DNA of 64,000 bases from Octopus sinensis (taxonomy: Eukaryota). Made by a program: the position numbers and the translations under genes. Below, one piece after another: positions 12,473 to 25,445 of the stretch. Within the stretch, counting starts at the first letter, position 1. Each line of letters starts with the position of its first letter. Location of the stretch: the NCBI RefSeq assembly GCF_006345805.1, contig NC_043000.1:124868001-124932000 (forward strand). The letters run 5' to 3'. The notes beneath the pieces were generated by a model. That model had not been told where the DNA came from. It searched no databases and saw nothing but the letters and a program-made list of their open reading frames with translations.

Positions 12473-13139
12473 TGTGTAATAAACCTGTCATTTACATGAT
12501 GTAACAAACCTGTTGCTTTCTTCTCCAGCCCCACAAGGTCCTGTCCTTGTTGTGACAAGGTGGCTTGTGTGCCTCAGTGACAAGGTGGCTTGTGTGTCTC
12601 CTAAGAGAGCTGAATAGGTCATGCTGGAAAGAGGCCAAACTAATATGAATCACATCTTCCCAGATATGAAAATGATTTTGTGTAGAGCCAGTTTCTCCAC
12701 CTTGAAAAAAGAAAAGTTAGCTTCGATGGCAATTCAAAACAAATACAACCTGAGAGAACAGAGCCTCCTCCAAGAAGCAGCGATCCAACTGGAGAGAAGC
12801 AGAAACATCAACATGAAATGGGAATGAAAGTTCAGGTAGAAGCAGTTGTTGGCCTTTGCTCCATAAGGTGTAAAAGTGCCAATGTGAAGAAGTCTCTTTT
12901 CTAAGAAATTTTCTCACCATAAAACAAATCTAAGATCAATTGAAAGGAAGACTATGATTCTCATAGAAAACATTGAGAGTTTTAAAATATCAATACCGGT
13001 CAAAATCTATCCAAATTTGATAATTATCGTATTTGATGGCACATAGATGCATTAAAAAAACAGAAAGTCTCATAAAAGTCACCCGGGTCCATAAATGCGA
13101 AGTTGGATCTACACTGGTTTCAAATTTTGGCACAAGGAC

Positions 13140-13370
13140 TGTTGTTGTTGTTAAGCAACAAGACATGTAAGGGTGATAGGTGATGGTCTAGGGTTTAGGA
13201 GCGGGAGACCCCAGACCTTGAAAAGAAAAACTTCGGTCGTCTTGTTGTAGTTTAGGGCTCTTCAATGACAACCGACACCACTGGGAGGTGGACCTCGAAG
13301 TCGCTGGAAATGGAGATCTCCAGTTCCAAATTCTTGAACGGCTAGAAAGTGTTAGGAAGTGGTGAGGCTT
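13140..13370 (-). mobile_element. Unclassified LINE-like 3' end with (AAC)n tail
   Basis: GC-richer island ending on the minus strand in TTGCTTAACAACAACAAC; no protein motif recognised. Confidence 0.3.
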
Positions 13371-14339
13371 TTTTTAACATTTCTACTTCAAATATATTTT
13401 GCATTGTGAGCTTATCTCATTCATATTTTAGTCAGAAAAAGTAATGCAAAAAATGAAGAATGATAAGATTATTCATTGGTATAAGGAATTATCACTCAAC
13501 AGTTTTGACATCTGACACACATCCAGTAAAGATAACACAGCTATTGATGTTCTGCTCTTACTAGATACTTCTCAATATATCACCACCTGAAATCATCGAT
13601 TATGTAAACTTTTATATCATTCTAGAATGACTTGATTATGACACTATGTCAAATCTAAGAACTTGCTTTTTTTCTATGGGAGATATTTAAAAAAAAAACT
13701 TGTGATGAATGCATCTCATAATTCTACCATTCTCTTAATGTCAAACTCATGTCACTCAACGTTTTGAGCATTTCAGTGTCAATTTCAAGTGACCCCTATC
13801 ATTCTATAACTCTATAACTCTTATAGCTACTTTTTTATGGTTATGGGTGAATAAACAAGGTTTTCCTTTGCATGTTCAGATATGACAGCACTTAAGCTAA
13901 TTCACTGCTTTCAAAATATATTCTCTATGTTTGTTGCTCTGACTTTGATCCACCCCAAGTAAGCATCCCAATTTATGTCTCAAGTTGCTTGTAACCTTTT
14001 GAGGAACAATAAGAAGCTCAGTCATGGCTGTGTGGTTCAGAAGTTCACTTTTCAACAATGTGATTTCAAGTTCACTCCCACTGCATGGTACCTTTGGCAA
14101 GTGTCCCAGATTAAGCAATTTTCCATGCCATCCTATTGAAAACAGTCAAGCCAAATGTCTAAATGTTACAACAGAGGCCCTTTCTTCAAGAAAGCTGCCA
14201 GAAAAAGAAAAGTCACTACAGGGTGACATCTTAGAAGAATTGTGATGAATCTGACTCATCAAGAAACACTGTTTCGCTTTCAGTATCACTCATCAATGAA
14301 ACAGTCTTTACTTAGATGAGCATGATTGTTGCTAGAATG

Positions 14340-14685
14340 GCTATCTGGCCTCTGTGCCAGTGGCACGTAAAAGACACTATCCGAGCGTGACCGTTACCAG
14401 CATCGCCTTACTGGCACCTGTGCCGGTGGCATGTGTAAAAGATTCGAGCGAGGTCGTTGCCAGTACTGCCTAGCTGGCCCCGTGCCAGTGACATGTAAAA
14501 GCACCCACTACACTCTCGGAGTGGTTGGCGTTAGGAAGGGCATCCAGTTGTAGAAACTCTGCCAGATCAAGATTGAAGCCTGGTGCAGCCATCTGGTTTG
14601 CCAGCCCTCAGTCAAATCGTCCAACCCATGCTAGCATGGAAAGCAGACGTTAAATGACAACGATGATGATTATGATGATGATGGA
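14340..14685 (+). mobile_element. Family C element with three 62-66 bp subrepeats
   Basis: GTGCC(A/G)GTGGCACGTAAAA units at 14354, 14420 and 14482, then GGCGTTAGGAAGGGCATCCAG and a (GAT)n tail. Confidence 0.88.
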
Positions 14686-15464
14686 TGGATAGATGGATGG
14701 ATGGATGGATGAATTTCTGAACTTGGCTCAGCCACAAGTTGAACCAAGCTCAACAATATAAGCCACAAGTTAAGGATGTTGAAACAAATTGATGTTATTT
14801 ATCTCTGTCTTCATATGCAATATACCAATGATCAAACTGACACAATCACAACAAAAAATATGGCCCAATCTGGAGCTCCATAGGGAACCAATCAAACTCT
14901 GGTTCCATTGATGGTTGCTATGATGACCACTTGTAGAGGAATCCAGCCCATGTTGCAAGCTCTGCATCTGTTGATGGTTGATCTATTGATGGTTGCTGCT
15001 TTGACATGCAAAGTAGTTTGACTCAGTAAGCATGTGAGCAGGAACAGTTCAGTATTGATCCAATTATTGAAGAGGAAATCATGGCTCCAACCATACAAAT
15101 TTCCTCACTGCTCAACAAGAATCTGGAGACCACTGGATGGATTTAAATATTTAAAAGTACTGGTGAATGCTATGAAATCGTTATTACTACTTCCGGACGT
15201 AAAGTATTGCTATACTTTTGTTGGAGACTGGCAGCCAGCCATATGCAATAAAAACGAACATGTTTACACTTGTACTTCAAATACTGAAGTTGAATGTTTA
15301 AGCCAAATAAAACGATTTGGTTCTGGCAATTGTTTCTCATCACAACAGCAATGAAACTGGTGTGACGATGATGATAACTGTAGTGATGATGAAAGAAGCA
15401 GTGGAAATGAAAGCAGTGGAGATGAGATCTGTAGCAATGACATCACTGGTCATAAAAATTAGGT

Positions 15465-15620
15465 GCAGATGTGGCTGTGTGGGAAGAAGCTTGCATCCCA
15501 ATCACATGGTTCTGGGTTCAGTCCCACTGTGTAGCACCTTGGGCAAGTGTTTTCTATTATAGCCTCAGGATGATCAAAGCCTTGTGAGTGGAATTGGTTG
15601 AATGATACTGAAAGAAACCC
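15465..15620 (+). mobile_element. SINE family A, 5' half
   Basis: Homology to the A head. Confidence 0.85.
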
Positions 15621-15656
15621 CACACACACAAACACACACACACACACACATACACA

Positions 15657-16916
15657 TTGGGTCATCCCATAAATAATGTGGTTTTTTCAACTGCATGAAA
15701 TAAAAGTCTGAGAGGGACAGGATAAACTACCTAAATCAACTTGCTATAAAGCCAGATAGTAATTTTAGCTTGTCCTTATTCTTAGTGCAAGTTTTGAAGA
15801 GTGCAGTTCGATTTTAACAGCTATTTTTTCAAAGCTATAATGGAAGTGACAAAGGAGCATATTCAGTATATTTTGCTTTATGAGTTCAATAAAAGCAACA
15901 ATGCAGTGGAAAGTGCAAGGAATATCAATGCAGTGTATGGGGATCAGACAGTAAGTGTAAGCCAGTATCAACAATAGTTCCAGAACATCTGAGCTGGAAA
16001 CTACAGCCTAGAAGATGAGCCTTGCCCTAGAAGATCTGAAGAGCTTGACAAGGACCTCCTGCAAACCTTGGTGGAGCAAAATCCCATCGTAACTGTTGAG
16101 GAACTAGCAAAGAAGCTTGGATTTGGTCACGCAATCATTCATCAACACCTGCATGCCATTGGAAAAGTCAGCAAATTGGGTTAATGGGTTCATCACAAAC
16201 TTTCCAAGTCTAATTGTGCTCAGAGAGTGAATGTGTGCTCTTCTTTGCTGTCACATCGCACCAATGAACGTTTTTTGGACTGAATAGTGACTAGTGATGA
16301 GAAATGGGTTCTCTATAAAACTGTCAAGCACCAAAGACAGTGGGTAAGCTAAAGAGGGGCTTCACCCATGTAAGGGGTTGTTATCTGTTTGGTAGTATAT
16401 GAAAGGTTTAGTCCACTTTGAAATTTTAAACCCAAACCAAATGATAATAAAGGAGATCTACTGTGAGCAGCTTGAACGGCTTAAGTCAGCATTAGAAGAA
16501 AAATGACCATTTTTGGTTTCAAGATGAAATGTGTTCTTCCATCAGGATAATACTCGGCCACATACAGCAAGGATGACATTCCAAAGGCTGGACAGTTTGA
16601 GTGGAAAACGATGTCCCACCCACCGCATTCGCCGGACATTGCACCAACTGATTATCATTTGTTCTGCAGTCTTCAAAATCATTTGGATGGAAAAAATATG
16701 AATTCTGTAGATGAGGTCAGAACAGTACTGGAGGAATTATTTTTCATCACAGGCAAGTGAATTTTGGAAGAGGGGTCTTGCAAGTCTACCAGATAGATGG
16801 AAGAGTATTGTAGAAAATGAAGGAGAGTTTATTTTAGTTTTGAAAAAGAACTTTGTTTATCTTAATTTTGAAAAATAAGAAGTATTAAAAAATGCATTAT
16901 TTATGATATGACCCAA
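15657..16916 (+). mobile_element. Full-length non-functional mariner transposon (1260 bp)
   Basis: TIRs TTGGGTCATCCCATAAATAATG / CATTATTTATGATATGACCCAA; right-hand TA intact, left eroded to CA. Confidence 0.95.
15840..16840 (+). pseudogene. Mariner transposase pseudogene
   Basis: MEVTKEHIQYILLYEF..., WVHHKL (WVPHEL), IVTSDEKWVLY, HQDNTRPHT, HPPHSPDIAPTDYHLF; multiple stops and frameshifts. Confidence 0.95.
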
Positions 16917-16930
16917 TATATATCCACACA

Positions 16931-17021
<91 letters not shown>

Positions 17022-17233
17022 CCGGAGTAAACACAAAATGTGAAACAAGGTGGAAAAAAGAGTACTCAAATACCAGTGGTAGAGTAATATGCTTTATTTT
17101 AAGCAGCAGAAAATTCAACAAATTCTGTTACTCTGAGTTTCTCGTTGCCATTCATCTGACAGTTTTTGCTAGATGAACGGCACTGAGAAACTCAGAGTAA
17201 CAGATTTTGTTGAATTTTCTGCTGCTTAAATAA
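17022..17233. mobile_element. Penelope-like terminus with a 60-bp inverted repeat (56/60 identical)
   Basis: Arms 17098-17157 and 17171-17230, 13-nt spacer, flanked by (TA)n; each arm carries a hammerhead-like core. PLE assignment is inference from that architecture. Confidence 0.65.
17125..17162 (-). ncRNA. Minimal type I hammerhead ribozyme-like motif (degenerate)
   Basis: CTGT-CAGATGA-ATGGCAACGA-GAAAC-TCAGA-GTA-ACAG: 4-bp stem I, core with U4>A, quasi-palindromic stem III ACTCAGAGT, GUA cleavage triplet. Confidence 0.55.
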
Positions 17234-17276
<43 letters not shown>

Positions 17277-17300
17277 CATACATACATACATATATATGTA

Positions 17301-17836
17301 TCTATTATATAAAATCCGTTCTGCTGTCTGTCTGTGTGTCTTCTAGGATCTCGGGCATCCTCCATCCGATTGCGCTCAAATTTGATATGTAGATACTGTC
17401 AGTATCAGGGCATGTATAAGTCTTGAAAAAATTACAAAAATCGATTCCAGGTGAGAATGCGATTGATAAAACCCTGGGAACATGCATTTGTATGCGCAAG
17501 TACATCAGCATACGTGTCTCAAATTTAGCTTAAATCAGTGTTTCTCAAAGGGGAGCCCTATGGGACGGTCGGACAAGTTGTTTTCAGAAAATTTGGTTTA
17601 AATGTTTGACAACTCAGCACCGTCCATTGGATGGGGGCATTTTGCTCGTATACATTTAGAGCTGCAAAAAAGCACATGTCTATGCATTTACAAGGGTAAA
17701 TACGATATACTGACAGTTGGGATTAAGCCAAACCATCCGGTGATGGAGTAGTCACCATTGATGGGCTTTAATTCAAAATGAAACTGGACTAGTATGGTGA
17801 TCTCACTCGCTATGGGGCTGTTGTCTCCCCTGTTAG
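17301..17836 (+). mobile_element. Non-autonomous Helitron-like element
   Basis: A|TCTATTATATAAAA 5' end followed by CTGTCTGT repeats; 3' end either CTAG|T at 17792 or GGGG..CCCC-TGTTAG|T at 17836. Confidence 0.6.
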
Positions 17837-17864
17837 TGCAAAGACACTATACATACATACATAC

Positions 17865-18033
17865 ATATATACATACAACAGGCTTCTTTCATTTTTCCAT
17901 AAATCAAATTCAATCACAAGGCTTTGGTTGGTCTAAGACTATAGTAGAATATGCTAGGTGCCAGACAGTGGGACTAAACCCAGAACTGTGTGGTTGGGAA
18001 ACAGACTTCTTACCACACAGCCATATCTGCACC
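17865..18033 (-). mobile_element. SINE family A, 5' half
   Basis: Homology to the A head. Confidence 0.85.
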
Positions 18034-18684
18034 TATATACATAATTTACAATTGTTTCGCCTGAATTTTATCTCATGAATATTTCTATATTATATAATAA
18101 AATATACAGCTATTGATTCTTTAGGCATCATTGAAATGGTACATACTGAATTTGTCTCATCAGAATATATGAATAGAAGTGATTTGAGCTAATGACTTTT
18201 ATGCATAATTCTGAGGAGTTGAATTTGTTATCATTACAAGGACACCTTAGGAATCAATAGTCACATATATTAATGTTTAATATAGCAATATTCATGAGAT
18301 CAAATCCAGACAAAACAATTGTAAATTGATTTAATAAGAAGACTTACTCACTTCATTCTTCTTGTTTATAATTCTAAAACAATATGGATATTTGTGGCTT
18401 TTCAGAAGAGTACTCGATAAGACAAACTTTCTCTGGATTACTGTCTGATAGCCTGTACCAGTGAGTGAGCTTAATAGGGTAAACTCCAAGGTTAACACCT
18501 GAATGAAATTATATAGATATTATTGTATTGTCATTATCTAACATCCATAAGGTGGCAAGCTGGCAGAATCATTAGTACGCTGGATGAAATGTTTAGCTGT
18601 ATTTCACTCGTTGCTATGTTCTGAGTTCAAATTCCACTAAGGTTGACTTTGCTTTTCATCAGGACTTACAAATATATATATATA

Positions 18685-18833
18685 GCATACAGAAAATAGC
18701 ACTTCTAGCACACATCCTATGTAAAACACTTTCAATACTATGAAAATAAGAACATCACAACTACCACAGCACATACCCAAGGCACATAGAGCTGCGCTCA
18801 GTGAAAGCATGTGATAAAAATAAGACTACTGAA
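18685..18833 (+). mobile_element. R4/Dong LINE extreme 3' fragment with (AAT)n tail
   Basis: Aligns to 50100-50260 (CACAGCACATACCCAAGGCACA.AGAGCTGCGCTC ... ACTACTGAA). Confidence 0.85.
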
Positions 18834-18893
18834 CAATAATAATAATAATAATAATAATAAAATAAAATTATCATCATCATTATCATTATTATC

Positions 18894-18961
<68 letters not shown>

Positions 18962-19020
18962 CATCATCATCATTATTATTATCATTATTATTAATAATAA
19001 TAATAATTATTATTATTAAT
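18834..19020. repeat. (AAT)n/(TTA)n array with orientation switches
   Basis: Directly visible. Confidence 0.93.
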
Positions 19021-19025
19021 AATTC

Positions 19026-19156
19026 CATGAAGCCACAACAGAAGTTGCTGGAAAGAATAGGCAGGATTGGCTGATGAAAGGAACCCTAAAAAAAGAGACC
19101 GAGAGCACTATATTGGCAGCACAGGACCAAGCTCTGGCCACGAACTGGAGGGTCAA
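19026..19156 (+). pseudogene. R4/Dong-clade LINE internal fragment
   Basis: QDWLMKGTLKKETESTILAAQDQALATNW matches the W-x-G-x-LKxETE-x-AAQDQAL motif upstream of the zinc knuckle of R4-clade elements. Confidence 0.75.
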
Positions 19157-19649
19157 CCTGAGGAATGTTGAGCCCCCAGTCAAACCGTCCAACCCATGCT
19201 AGCATGGAAAGCGGACGTTAAATGATGATGATGATGATGAATAGTAATAATAATTACCCACATAAATTCTACCAGGAATAAGAATGAACCTGAGTCAAAT
19301 CAATGATGATGATGATGATGATGATGATAATAATAATGATAATAGTGATGGAGACTGCTGTCAAAGCTTTGAACATTTCAAATTATCGGTAAATGCTAAT
19401 GGAACACATTTGTGATTGTATACTTCAGGATAGACAAATCAGAATGTGTTACTGAGAGTAAATGTGTGTCTTGATTCCTATACCCAGCATTTTATTTATC
19501 TTGGTAGACATTGTAGGCAACACATATTGATTGATTTCACACTGCGGCCATCAGCTATATAATAAATATGACTCGAAATCAAATATGATTTGCTATCAAA
19601 TATTATTTGTTTACATACCTTCCCTCTTCAGTATGAAATGCCTTGTTGT

Positions 19650-19872
19650 TGTTACTGTTGCTGTTGTTGAACTTCTAGATATTCTGATTGAGCAGATGTC
19701 TGATCAAAAGCGTTCCAGCTGTGATCATCCTGTAATTTTGGTTTTTCTCCGATGGATTACATTATGCAATCCGTCTTTGTTTTTTTAAGTAAGTGGGATA
19801 TAATTTGAGGAAGATTTGGTTGCTGTTTTTAGCAAGTTGAGCAGTTGCTTAAAGGTTCTCTCACTGGCTCAC
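19650..19872 (-). mobile_element. Dispersed repeat family F
   Basis: Minus-strand TCAACTTGCTAAAAACAGCAACCAAATC; related copies at 3775-3985(+), about 10885(-) and about 38930(-). Confidence 0.65.
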
Positions 19873-20774
19873 CTCGGAATGTCTTGATGCTGACAGTTGA
19901 GATGATGGTGCATTGAAATGACATAACATAGGAAACTACAACATGAGAAATCGCACAACTGATTGAGATAGACAGGAGCAGAGACAAAAGCAAAAAAACA
20001 ACAAAAGCCAAAAAACAACAAAATCCTCCCAAAAGCAAACTGAAAAATCTGTTCTGTTTCTCATAGGTCATTTGTCAGATAAATGAAAATAGTGTTCTTT
20101 GTAGAGGTTTTATTAAATAGCTGAATTCCCAGAACAAAAGGAACCTTCATGCCAGGTGAAATATGACTAATACTGTCAGTATACTTATTGTCAAATATAC
20201 ATAGTATGTTGTACTGTCATCTCCTCTTCTCCTCATCTCCTCGTCTCCTCATCTCCTCAAATGCTTTGCTGTGTGTTATGTCACATGAGATTAGCATGCG
20301 TCTTCACAAATGGGAATTATATATAAAAACACTAATATCAATTTACTTGAAACTGTTGCGATATCAAAGTATGGCAAGCTTTGAAATTTGTGATTATTAT
20401 TGGGTTGGTTCCTTTATATTTCTGTTATTAAGTCTTGCAAAGAACAAGTGATGGCATGATGCCACTGTTTATTATTATTGATAAACCACAATCAAATTAC
20501 CTATAAATACTTCCTTTAGTCATCCTCTCTCCTATAATTATGCAGTCTGGTAGTTTTAATGGAACTATCCTTTAATGGAACTATCCTTATGTAAGAAACA
20601 TTATCTAATGTTAGCTTTTGGAAATATGCAGGAATTTTACAGAATGTGTCATTTGAAAAACATTTCACTGATATGACAGGACAGTTTTAAAATGATGGTT
20701 GTTGTGACTTTGTAATATTTTGTGCTGTTGTTTTGCTTTTATTGTTGTTATTATCATCATTATCAACATTAGTG

Positions 20775-21390
<616 letters not shown>

Positions 21391-21433
21391 AAAAAATTAT
21401 AAAAGGATATATATATATATATATATTATATTC

Positions 21434-21484
<51 letters not shown>

Positions 21485-21497
21485 TATATATATATAT

Positions 21498-21907
21498 CTT
21501 TTACCTTTTACTCTTTTACTTGTTTCAATCATTGACTGCGGCCATGCTGGGAACACGCCTTTAGTCAAGCAAACATCGACCCCGGGACTTATTCTTGTAA
21601 GCCCAGTACTTATTCTATCGGTCTCTTTTGCCGAACTGCTAAGTGACCGGGGACGTAACACACCAGCATCATGTCACAATGCAAGGGGGACAAACACAGA
21701 CACACAAACATACAACACACACATACATACATATATATATACATATATACGACAGGCTTCTTTCAGTTTCCGTCTATAAAATCCACTCACAAGGCATTGG
21801 TCGGCCCGAGGCTTTATAAGAAGAACACTTGCCCAAGGGCCACGCAGTGGGATTGAACCCTGAACCATGTGGTTGGTAAGCAAGCTACTTACCACACAGC
21901 CACTCCT

Positions 21908-21908
<1 letters not shown>
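21498..21908 (-). mobile_element. SINE family A, full length (tail-to-tail with the previous copy)
   Basis: Homology. Confidence 0.92.
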
Positions 21909-21997
<89 letters not shown>

Positions 21998-23055
21998 GTA
22001 TATAGAACAAACTTACTTAGAAAAGGATGTGTGCATTCTGTCGTGTAATAACAAATTAATAAATAAAACATGCATATATACATATATATATATATACGTA
22101 CCTATATCTACATGTATATATACATGCATATATGGGTACAGGACACCAAAAAAAACGTTGAACACAATGAGAAACGAAAATATAAACACAAAACCAAGGA
22201 ACTGGACATTTTTCTTAAACAATGAAAAAATAGAGTACTGGACAAATAACACAAAGAAAATTCCCCTTCTTCAGTCGCCATGGTTTCATCTACTCTGTGT
22301 TTTGAAGGTGTACCTATGTATCATCATTATCATTATCATCATTTAACATCCATTTTCTATGCAAGCATGGTTAGGATGGTTTCATAGAAGCTGACAAACC
22401 AACGGACCTTGCTAAGCTCCAGTGTCTGTTTTAGCATGGTTTGAATGGCTTCACAGAAGCTGATGAGCCAAAGGACTTTGCTGACCTCCAAAGTTTGTTT
22501 TGCCATGGTTTTTACAGTTGGATGTCCTTCCTAATGCCAACCACTTTACATTGTCTTTTGGGTTCTTTTTACAGAAATTTATTTGGCTGCAATTTAGAAA
22601 TGATTACTTCTACATGTTACATCACACACACATATATATGTATATATATGATATGTATATATATGATATATATATGTGTATATATATATATAATATAATA
22701 TATATCTATATATATATATATATTATATATATATATATTATATATATGTGTGTGTGTGTGTACATATATTATATCAAAATTGACAGTCCATTTTGAATTC
22801 TGCCCTTAGCAGTGCTGTTCACAAACTGTCATGAACTGCCCAACTACATGTGAAACTCAGAGTAGATTGTCAACTTTGACTTAATAAACATATCTATTCA
22901 CTCTACTCAGAGTATCACATTCTATTCAAGATAACGTTTGCACTATGTAAAATATATCCTTTCACTACTGTTGTTTATTAATTTTTAATGTAGTCGAATG
23001 GCTAACACTCGCACTCATAATATATAAGCATTTGAATTAATTATTTTACAATCAG

Positions 23056-23170
23056 GGAGCCAGCCTTGTCACATTCTGTGTCATGCTGAATCTCCCTGAG
23101 AAATATGTGAAGGGGTATGCATGTTTGTGGAGTGCTCAGCCACTTGCATGTTAATCTCATGAGCAAGCTG
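23056..23170 (+). mobile_element. SINE family D, 3' fragment
   Basis: GCCAGCCTTGTCACATTCTGTGTCATGCTGAATCTCCC matches 44940-44980. Confidence 0.8.
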
Positions 23171-23603
23171 TGAAAGAGAGAAATATAAAGTGATTAGCAG
23201 AGGAAAATTTTAAAATCATTGTGACTGGAAGTGAAATAACTTAGCAAAATAAAAGTAAAAATCATCCTTTCTTTCTTGAATAACTTTTCTTAATCTTTTC
23301 TGTTCTGTAGAATTTCCACAGATCCCACTAGTATTTGTATATATATTATTAACCAGATGCTCTGTCTATGCACAGCATGTGGCTTGCCAAAACTCTCCAT
23401 TTCCCTCTGTGTTGTGCTGTATGCACACAATCAGTCAGGCTCTTGTTTCTAGTCCATTCTTCGATGTTGTCAGTCCACAAATGTCATTGACAGCCTCTTT
23501 CCCTCTTCCCCTCCAAATTTCCTGTCAAGATGGTCTTAGGCAGTGACTCATGGAACATTGTATGCTCATAATTTGATAGGTTTTTGGACTTGATTCTCAA
23601 CAA

Positions 23604-23810
23604 TATGTGGGAATGTTGAAAAGTTCCTGGCTTTGGGTAAAAGAAATTACATGAAGAGCAGTTAATTATGATTTTATTCAACATATTCCCCTCTCAGATT
23701 CACACACTTATTGCAGCAGCCCTTCAGGTTTTCTAAGCCCTGTAAAAGAATTCAGAAGGTTGGGTCTCCAATCAGGCCTTTCACCAGAAACTTTTCAGCA
23801 CCTCCTTGTA
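23604..23810 (-). mobile_element. Mariner-derived MITE
   Basis: TIR-like ends TGTGGGAATGTTGAAAAGTTCCTGG / CCAGAAACTTTTCAGCACCTCCTTG, TA flanks; minus strand encodes the mariner C-terminus LQGLENLKGCCNKCVNLRGEYVE*. Confidence 0.85.
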
Positions 23811-24098
23811 GGCAATGCTGTTTGAATCAGGTTCATAGCCTGCAAAATATTCATCGAGAGTCAACTACAGTTATCTCCCCTGTCGAATGTTCTAAAACAT
23901 CCCAAGCAAACCATGGTTAGTTCCCCCTTTGCTAGCATACAAAACATAACTGTTAAACCACACACAGGAGGGCATTAGAAGCAATATCACCTACTTAAGA
24001 GACAAATTGCACCAATACCAACCAATCAGAGTAGTGGACACATCAGGATCCAAATAGCTGCCAAAGGCTAGCTGCTCCCTGCTACATTCAAATGTACA

Positions 24099-24489
24099 TC
24101 TCTATATATATAAAGCTGAAGCTGTCTGTGTATTGCAGGTTTGGTAGCCTTCAACTAACACTATCTCCTCCGAGACCCTGTGGCACAAGTTGACCAAAAT
24201 TGAGAGTATGATAGAAGAAGGCTTGCTCTTCCTTCTGTAGAAATAAATTTCAAATCAGACCATGTTAACACCAAAAATTATTTACATCAAAAAGGTGCTT
24301 TTTTTCTATGAAAATCCCTATTTTTTACGATTTATTTACTGCTATGTCGCCATTTTTCGGTGTATTTCAACCAGAAAACTGTTCACTTAAAGAGAATAGC
24401 AAGCTACATAATGCAAAATATTTACTTTTCAAAAATTCCAATTCTAAAGGAACGAAACAAACCCGAGCAACGCCGGGCGATACTGCTAG
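24099..24489 (+). mobile_element. Non-autonomous Helitron (391 bp)
   Basis: A|TC 5' end (TCTCTATATATAAAGC), 3' hairpin CCCGAGCAACGCCGGG at 24462-24477, CTAG|T end, no TSD. Confidence 0.9.
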
Positions 24490-24989
24490 TATATATAATA
24501 AACAGGATAGAGGAATTTCAGCCGAGTCTATGCTACATCCTTGTAGGTGTCCTTGGACCTTCAGCTTTTCTGGTACTGCAGCATTTTCTACCCTGTCTTT
24601 TTGGCTTATCTTGCTTAATCTGTGAAAGCTCCAAAACTCAAAGGCCTTCATCTTCTCCTCCGTTGATGTGTACATAATGTCTGTTTGTCTAAGTTGTCTG
24701 TTAATCACTTCAGTCTATGCCTTACATGATGTAGTTTTCTGGCAACAATATCTAACTCAAATTGTCATCTTTTCTCCATCATTTACAATCAGATTATCTT
24801 TCCTCTAGCTTAAACAAGTCCAACTTACAATTGTTTTGTTTTCTTGAATTCACTGTTGTTGTTTATCTTCCACCACCGACGTTCAATCATTGAATGTCCA
24901 GAAGATAATATTTGTTTTATTTCTTTATAGATATTGAAACCTTTCCAAATTTTCATCTGCCTGATCGTCACAATTACTAGGACAATTGA

Positions 24990-25406
24990 CATTGTTGCTG
25001 TCATCATCGCCATCACCATCACCCTTCTCCTTAATGTCATTACTGCCACTTCTACAACCACTACCATCACGACGACGACGACCACGACGACGACGACGAC
25101 CACCACCACCATCATTGTCAACAGCACCAGCATCAGCAGCGCCAACACCACTTGCACCACCACCACTTGCACCACCACCACCACCAACACCACACCATCA
25201 CCACCAGCACCACCACCACAACCACCACCACCACCACCACTACCACTACTGCTACTGCTGCCATCGCTGCTACCACCACCACCACCACCACCACTGCCAC
25301 CACCATTGTCAACAACACCAGCAGCAGCAGCAGTGCCATCACCACCACTACCACCACCACCAACAACGCTACTATTAACACTGCCACCAATGCTACCATC
25401 ACAGCT

Positions 25407-25437
<31 letters not shown>

Positions 25438-25445
25438 CAACCATC
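24990..25445. repeat. (CAC/CAT/CAG/GAC)n array
   Basis: Directly visible. Confidence 0.94.

Larger units (their letters stand above)
23355..24950 (-). pseudogene. RTE LINE 3' remnant split by a TA-flanked insertion block (23604-24545)
   Basis: KMKAFEFWSFHRLSKISQKDRVENAAVPEKLKVQGHL | LLRIKSKNLSNYEHTMFHESLPKTILTGNLEGKRERG...WTDNIEEWT; frame is continuous when one TA and the insert are removed. Confidence 0.8.

Noticed and set aside
19873-19958. Minus-strand exon candidate (long pyrimidine tract, GAG|GTGAGC donor)
   Set aside because: The donor lies inside a family F repeat, two frames are open, and several acceptors are possible; cannot be supported without transcripts
24829-24956. Minus-strand exon candidate with a strong GTAAGT donor (MKIWKGF...KKTKQ)
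   Set aside because: Poor acceptor, and the sequence lies within the RTE remnant (KKTK..VG..IV.DGE motif region)
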